Shown: positions 59,820 through 64,000 of the stretch, piece by piece
Position numbering within the stretch: the stretch's first letter is position 1
How the letters are laid out: every line of letters starts with the position of its first letter
NCBI RefSeq assembly: GCF_988243305.1
Contig: NZ_OZ547136.1
DNA: 64,000 bases
Direction: 5' to 3' (one strand)
Notes under the pieces: model-generated
The model's database searches: none
What the model saw: the letters and a program-made list of their open reading frames with translations, nothing else
Told to the model about the DNA's origin: nothing
Made by a program: the position numbers and the translations under genes

Positions 59820-60034
59820 AACCCCCCCCCATTTTCACAATCAGCAACAAGAATATTTTTAGCGTCATTCAGCGACCGCGTTGCGATGTATCGGATACAT
59901 TCCAGGGCGAACTGTGTCCGGTCTTTCTGTTCTTCTCCCTGCGCAAGCTCTGCAGTGCATTCAATATCGATAAGCGCGTGCATCAGCGTAGTGAGCGCGG
60001 CGGCTGCTGCGTCCGGTGTGGTTTTATTGCACAT
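59792..60034 (-). CDS. Hypothetical protein (80 aa)
   Basis: I trimmed the start to MCNKTTPDAAAAALTTLMHALIDIE.. An AGGAGG SD lies 6 nt upstream. The 3' end runs through the G9 tract. Confidence 0.5.
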   Translation of the reverse strand: MCNKTTPDAAAAALTTLMHALIDIECTAELAQGEEQKDRTQFALECIRYIATRSLNDAKNILVADCENGGGLCVMIVLIP

Positions 60035-60224
60035 GGCACACCTCCTGACGAATACGGGCGGCGAATACAGCAACACAACCGGACGGGCAACGGCTACGCG
60101 CTTCGCGTTCCGTCCAGGCGGTTACGTGGATGATTTGAGATTCTCCGGCACTTAGTGCCAGAAAACGCCACACAAAGGCCGTTTGTGTGTGTATAAGGCG
60201 TGGTATATGATTTACGGCAACCAT
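60024..60224 (-). CDS. Icd-like (host cell-division inhibitor-like) small protein, first gene of the early operon
   Basis: It encodes MVAVNHIPRLIHTQTAFVWRFLALSAGESQIIHVTAWTEREARSRCPSGCVAVFAARIRQEVCHVQ (66 aa) with a GGAG SD. The W.F.A....EAR....FAAR pattern resembles P4-type Icd-like proteins as I recall them. Confidence 0.5.
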   Translation of the reverse strand: MVAVNHIPRLIHTQTAFVWRFLALSAGESQIIHVTAWTEREARSRCPSGCVAVFAARIRQEVCHVQ

Positions 60225-60286
60225 AACGGCTCCTAGTTTACGTTGTTGGTTAGACGCCCCGTATGTGTTCCCAGCACTGCGGGGCG

Positions 60287-60361
60287 TTGATTTTTGTGTA
60301 ATGGCAAGTACAATGGTAATTACCATGTAGGTATAGTAATGAAGGGTAATTACCATGTCAA
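60287..60361. promoter_or_regulatory. Overlapping opposed promoters plus two copies of the operator GGTAATTACCATGT
   Basis: The plus strand reads TTGATT(60287)-16-TACAAT(60309). The minus strand reads TTGACA(60361-60356)-17-TACTAT(60338-60333). The operators are at 60313-60326 (14-bp perfect palindrome) and 60345-60354. Confidence 0.6.
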
Positions 60362-60528
60362 CACCATTAGAAAAACGTTCGCCTCCATACCAAATGCGAT
60401 TACCGGAAGACTTCAGAGCGCAGCTAGAAGAAGCAGCTAAGGCCGATGGCGACACATCTTTAGCCACTTGGATTAAACGCGTTCTCCGCAAAGAATTACA
60501 GCAACGCGGCATAGAGCCAAAAGGTTGA
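60355..60528 (+). CDS. Arc/Mnt-type ribbon-helix-helix repressor (57 aa)
   Basis: I translated it by hand: MSTPLEKRSPPYQMRLPEDFRAQLEEAAKADGDTSLATWIKRVLRKELQQRGIEPKG. It has the classic RHH pattern. It is not in the ORF track. Confidence 0.7.
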   Translation: MSTPLEKRSPPYQMRLPEDFRAQLEEAAKADGDTSLATWIKRVLRKELQQRGIEPKG

Positions 60529-60549
60529 ATTTCAGAAGGAGATAAAATA

Positions 60550-60702
60550 ATGAACTGGCTGTTACATACCCTCCCAGGTCGCATTCTCATTGCACTAATT
60601 ATTTTATGGATTTTGTACCAATTCGGTTTTTTCGATTCGCTTTGGAAGCCTGACTGTTCCGTTAACCCTGGCGATGTACTGAAAGGCTGTAAAAATGGCT
60701 GA
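60550..60702 (+). CDS. Small single-TM protein (50 aa) co-transcribed with the RHH repressor
   Basis: An AAGGAG SD lies 8 nt upstream. It encodes MNWLLHTLPGRILIALIILWILYQFGFFDSLWKPDCSVNPGDVLKGCKNG and is followed by the hairpin CCCTCTTAAAGAGGG. Confidence 0.5.
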   Translation: MNWLLHTLPGRILIALIILWILYQFGFFDSLWKPDCSVNPGDVLKGCKNG

Positions 60703-61057
60703 TCAGGGTTACTCCCTGTAATGCCTTTAACTGGCCCTCTTAAAGAGGGTTGGTTATCTTCGCAGCTCTCTACGTTTTTCGTCGGAACCTCTGAACCTAA
60801 GCAGTGTTGATGTTCAGGAGAACCCGAATACTGTTCGTGTTCGTTGCTCGCCAATTCTCGCGTTTCGCGATAATCAAAATGATTCAATGGGTTGAGATGT
60901 CCGTACGTTAAACGTACGCGGTTAATTTGTACATGCGAATTTCGTCGGCTCAAATTCTGCGCAACCCTGCTTGAGTTATGCAAATAGCACGCGGCTAACT
61001 CACAAGGATTTGAGCGCCCCCAAACGGGGGAGCGCAAAATTTTAGGCATAAGACGCA

Positions 61058-61771
61058 TCAGCGAATCTCCAACACTGACGATGAAGTGATCAGGCTGGCG
61101 AACGCATCCATACGGCGGGCAACCTCACGCACCGCATCGCCTGGACTCATGTCATTACGCACCGCCTCATTAAAGGCCGCCTGTTCGATTTTCTGCATCA
61201 CTACCAACAGCCCCAATTGCTGTTCGTCTGCGGTACCGCGTTCACCATCAGACAAACCAGCCACGCGGTTTTCAGCGCGGGCCAGATTGATGTAATGGTG
61301 CCGTTGTGCGCCCAGAGCTTTTAATCTGTCGCGGCTTTCGTGATAGCCAGGCAGGTACTCACGGCGGATAGGTTCTGCGGCGCGGCGCTTAGTGAATGCC
61401 TTCGTAACATCCAGTTTGAACTGGTTAATACGCTCAGGATCACGCCCTCGGGTGATACGCAGCAGATAGTCGAGCTGCGGCTCATTCAGCAGATAACTAA
61501 TCTCAGGACGCCCACGCTTTCGGCCGGATTTTCCCGATTTCAAATCGGTTAATTCCTTGAGTGACTGACGAGGCAGTGATCCCAGCTCGCGCAATCTGCT
61601 CTGGTGCGATTTAATCGTCGCGCTTAAGCTTTCATGTTGTATTCCGGCTCGCTCTGAAATAACGCGGGAATCGATACGCGGCTCCGATTTGTGATTAATT
61701 AAAATATCGCTCTGGCTGGCTTCAGGGCGAACGAATCCCCGCCCACGTTCTGGCGTATATTCAATCTTCAT
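61058..61771 (-). CDS. Putative phage regulatory protein (Rha/antirepressor-like N-terminal region), 237 aa
   Basis: ..SEPRIDSRVISERAGIQHESLSATIKSHQSRLRELG.. and ..YLLNEPQLDYLL.. resemble Rha-type regulators. The assignment is tentative. Confidence 0.4.
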   Translation of the reverse strand: MKIEYTPERGRGFVRPEASQSDILINHKSEPRIDSRVISERAGIQHESLSATIKSHQSRLRELGSLPRQSLKELTDLKSGKSGRKRGRPEISYLLNEPQLDYLLRITRGRDPERINQFKLDVTKAFTKRRAAEPIRREYLPGYHESRDRLKALGAQRHHYINLARAENRVAGLSDGERGTADEQQLGLLVVMQKIEQAAFNEAVRNDMSPGDAVREVARRMDAFASLITSSSVLEIR

Positions 61772-61828
61772 GGTTATAGCTCTGTGTTCAGATGATTGAT
61801 GTGTGGCGGCTGCGTGCCGCCAGCGTGA

Positions 61829-62017
61829 TTAATGAACTGCCTTGCAGCTATCCTTCCAGGCCAGAACCTCGGATAAAGACCAGCCAACGGAACGACCGCC
61901 AAGTTTACGACGTGATGGGAATTGTCCGGCCTTTTCCAGGCGGTAGCGACACGTACGGCTAAGGCCGGTTAGTTTTTCGCATTCTTTTTCACGTATAAAC
62001 CGATCAGTGCTTAACAC
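61829..62017 (-). CDS. alpA: AlpA-family transcriptional regulator / excision factor
   Basis: The 62-aa ORF reads ..IREKECEKLTGLSRTCRYRLEKAGQFPSRRKLGGRSVGWSLSEVLAW.. Confidence 0.85.
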   Translation of the reverse strand: MLSTDRFIREKECEKLTGLSRTCRYRLEKAGQFPSRRKLGGRSVGWSLSEVLAWKDSCKAVH

Positions 62018-62167
62018 TATTGCCCCCTTTCGTTTCTTAAAGAGTCATCAGGTGTCTTATTGTGTCGTATTGTTCCCGCTAGAGTGATAAATGGCAAATA
62101 CTGAGGATGTATGATTTACAGAAAATGAAACAGTAAGAATAAAATCTTTTAAATTCATGTTAATACA

Positions 62168-62199
62168 AAGGCATAAAATATTGTTTCATGCCTTTTTTC
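62168..62199. terminator. Hairpin AAGGCAT-13 nt-ATGCCTT with a plus-strand T-run, between int and alpA
   Basis: I read it directly. Orientation is ambiguous: it may be the int terminator on the minus strand or the end of a short plus-strand RNA. Confidence 0.35.
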
Positions 62200-62381
62200 T
62201 CGCTCTTTAAAGAGTGATTCGCTAGTGTATAAAAAACCAGTAACGCATTAAAAATCAGCTACTTATAAATCCGTACGCTTTTTCGCCTCTTGTTCGTAGT
62301 TGTTCCACATTGTTGCTCATTGTTGCACGTTGTATCTGTTCGCATATACAGTATGCGCATACTGAAAAAACACGAAAAAAA

Positions 62382-63599
62382 TTATTTTCTTCTGGCTACT
62401 GGTAGCGTGGTTACGTTTTCATGTGTTCCCGCCAGTATCCCTAACCGCTCCGTCCACATATCCAGCGCATTGCGTTTAGCATCCAGATAACGGGAATGAT
62501 TATAAACTCGCTGCATTCCTGGCATCTGGTGGCCTGTAAGCTGCTCCACGACATGCGGATCAACGCCTAAATCGTTCAGCATGGTTGTAAAGGTGCGCCG
62601 GATGTCATGCAGTGACCAGTGAGGATGATTAAGCCTCCTGTGCGCTAATCTTCCATACTGCGATACGCTGGCCTCCTGTTTCACTTCCCCCAGCAATAAG
62701 CCCGTGTGCCTGTTCTGCTCCACCAGCTGCGTGACGAACGGCAGGATCGCTTCCGGTATGGGCCGGAATATTGCGACCTTCGTTTTGCTGTGCTCCTTCG
62801 GAACGGTCCATAGCATTTCCGTAAAATCCCACTCCCCGATCTCCGATAACCTCAGTTCTACCGTTCTGGCTCCGAAGACAATCAGGAGGCGGATTAACGC
62901 GACGTAGTAAGGGGAGAATATTTTTTTGTCCAGTGCCTGCAATAATTCGCCAAGTTCTTTGTTACTTAAGACACGTTCGCTTATATCCGGTTTTTTCCCA
63001 ACGTCCGCCACGTTCAGATCGTCCAGAACGTTGCTGATTGCATAGCGCCGCCTACGGCAGAACTTAAGCGCCTGTTTGCACGCCTGTAGCACGAATCCGG
63101 CAGTAACAGGCGTTCGCTTTGCCACCTGGTCAAAACAGGCCAGCCAGTGCCGTAGCTCGCATTTATCCAGCGGCATAGCACCAATCTGCTGTATTACGTG
63201 ATTATTAAGTCGCCTTTTCAGGGCGATATAATCCACGCGGTTTTCCTTTACGTAATACTCAAGCCAGTAGGTGAGCGCATCGCCAACCGTTACGGGCTTT
63301 AACGCTTCCTGTACGGTGTAATTCATCTCATGACGTGGATTTTTCCCCTCAGCCAGCCATGTGCGACACTGTGCGGCTTTTTCCCTGGCTGCTTTCAGGC
63401 TCAGATCAGGATAACTTCCCAGCTTAATGCGTTCGGGTCGTGTCTCCCTTCCCGTTCCGGCCCTGTATGTGAAATACCAGGTCAATTTCCCTGATGTTAA
63501 ATATTTCACGCTCAGGTTTCCGCCATCACTATAAAACGTGTTTTTCTCCGCTGGCTTACCATGAAGTTTCCTTAGCAAGGTATCGCTCAGTTTGTTCAT
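62382..63599 (-). CDS. int: P4-type tyrosine integrase
   Basis: The ATG start gives MNKLSDTLLRKLHGKPAEKNTFYSDGGNLSVKY.. (DUF4102-type arm-binding N-terminus). The catalytic region reads ..HDIRRTFTTML..LTGHQMPGMQRVYNH. The track ORF starts 4 codons earlier at a GTG. Confidence 0.9.
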   Translation of the reverse strand: MNKLSDTLLRKLHGKPAEKNTFYSDGGNLSVKYLTSGKLTWYFTYRAGTGRETRPERIKLGSYPDLSLKAAREKAAQCRTWLAEGKNPRHEMNYTVQEALKPVTVGDALTYWLEYYVKENRVDYIALKRRLNNHVIQQIGAMPLDKCELRHWLACFDQVAKRTPVTAGFVLQACKQALKFCRRRRYAISNVLDDLNVADVGKKPDISERVLSNKELGELLQALDKKIFSPYYVALIRLLIVFGARTVELRLSEIGEWDFTEMLWTVPKEHSKTKVAIFRPIPEAILPFVTQLVEQNRHTGLLLGEVKQEASVSQYGRLAHRRLNHPHWSLHDIRRTFTTMLNDLGVDPHVVEQLTGHQMPGMQRVYNHSRYLDAKRNALDMWTERLGILAGTHENVTTLPVARRK

Positions 63600-63635
63600 T
63601 GCTCTGCTCACGTTTTACCCCCTCTTTACGAAAAA

Positions 63636-63705
63636 GTGACTACACCAGTGACTACACCGATCGTTGCACAAAGGGCTACAACGTGAAACAAGCTGGAACA
63701 AGGAA
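63636..63705. repeat. Right-arm repeat block: GTGACTACACC-AGTGACTACACC followed by ..ACAACGTGAAACAAGCTGGAACAA
   Basis: This is the partner of the block at 48541-48599. It lies 25-95 bp upstream of the int start. Confidence 0.7.
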
Positions 63706-63786
63706 AATCACAAATCTGTTGATAATCAAAAACATAATGCACAGCCTGAAACATTATGAAACAGCAAAAAACACTAAATGATAAAA

Positions 63787-63795
63787 TGCTGTTAT
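63787..63795. repeat. attR core / target duplication TGCTGTTAT
   Basis: See the partner repeat at 48458-48466. Confidence 0.85.
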
Positions 63796-64000
63796 TCTTA
63801 ACCCGCTGGTGCAACACATGGTCCGCTGGCGAGTGCCGCGTGTACTGGCGGTGTCGATTTTGATGACCATCATCGTGATGGCGATGGTGTTGCTGTTAGC
63901 TTATCTGGGTTCCGCACTCAACGAGTTGACGCGGACGTTACCGCAATATCGCAACTCTATTATGACGCCGCTGCAAGCGCTTGAACCGTTGTTGCAACGC
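63787..64000 (+). pseudogene. tqsA: tqsA 3' portion resuming at the right junction (continues past window end)
   Basis: GCTGTTATTCTTAACCCGCTGGTGCAACACATGGTCCGCTGG encodes [42 protein letters not shown].., in register with the 5' fragment. Confidence 0.9.

Larger units (their letters stand above)
48458..63795 (-). mobile_element. 15.3-kb integrative phage satellite with its own HK97-type capsid/packaging genes but no tail or lysis genes (capsid-forming PICI-like)
   Basis: It is bounded by the 9-bp direct repeat TGCTGTTAT inside tqsA, with the integrase at one end. Gene content is listed in the features that follow. Confidence 0.85.

Noticed and set aside
60024-61058. 344-aa minus-strand ORF, the longest unexplained ORF in the satellite
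   Set aside because: It is a composite. The last 66 codons are a separate Icd-like gene with its own SD and ATG. The middle is antisense to two well-formed plus-strand genes (RHH repressor and a 50-aa TM protein) and to the promoter switch. The translated sequence is Ser/Cys/Arg-rich and not protein-like. I kept it only as a flag for the odd 60703-61057 segment.

Overview
This window reads as Escherichia coli chromosome. The backbone follows K-12 gene order: rspBA, ynfABCD, speG, ynfEFGH, dmsD, clcB, ynfK, mlc, ynfLM, asr, ydgUD, mdtIJ, tqsA. Two mobile elements interrupt it.

(1) Positions 1-27163 are the right-hand ~27 kb of a lambdoid prophage inserted in ydfJ, which is the Qin locus. It is a mosaic.
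- The packaging end is almost lambda-identical: B', W, A, nu1, cos, bor, Rz/Rz1.
- The lysis genes are P21-type (SAR endolysin and pinholin).
- The early region is Qin/Rac-type: hokD, ydfU, rusA, Q, ydfABC, dicF, dicB, ydfD. It also has a full-length exonuclease, xis and int.
- Two tRNAs lie downstream of Q.
- Two lipoproteins that mimic TolA domain III sit in the slot where Stx phages carry stx.
- A ~6.8 kb metabolic/transport cargo block sits in the nin position: MFS, ChaC, LysR, DUF2254, BCCT.

(2) Positions 48458-63795 are a 15.3 kb satellite inserted in tqsA, flanked by a 9-bp direct repeat.
- It has a P4-type integrase, AlpA, a compact Arc-like/Icd-like promoter switch, a RepA-like ATPase with an iteron origin, SSB and a PerC-like regulator.
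- It has a complete HK97-type capsid and packaging set but no tail or lysis genes. This is the architecture of a capsid-forming PICI.
- Several repeat and structure-rich non-coding segments inside it are not explained by the genes.

All identifications come from reading the translations and from remembered family sequences. No database search was run.
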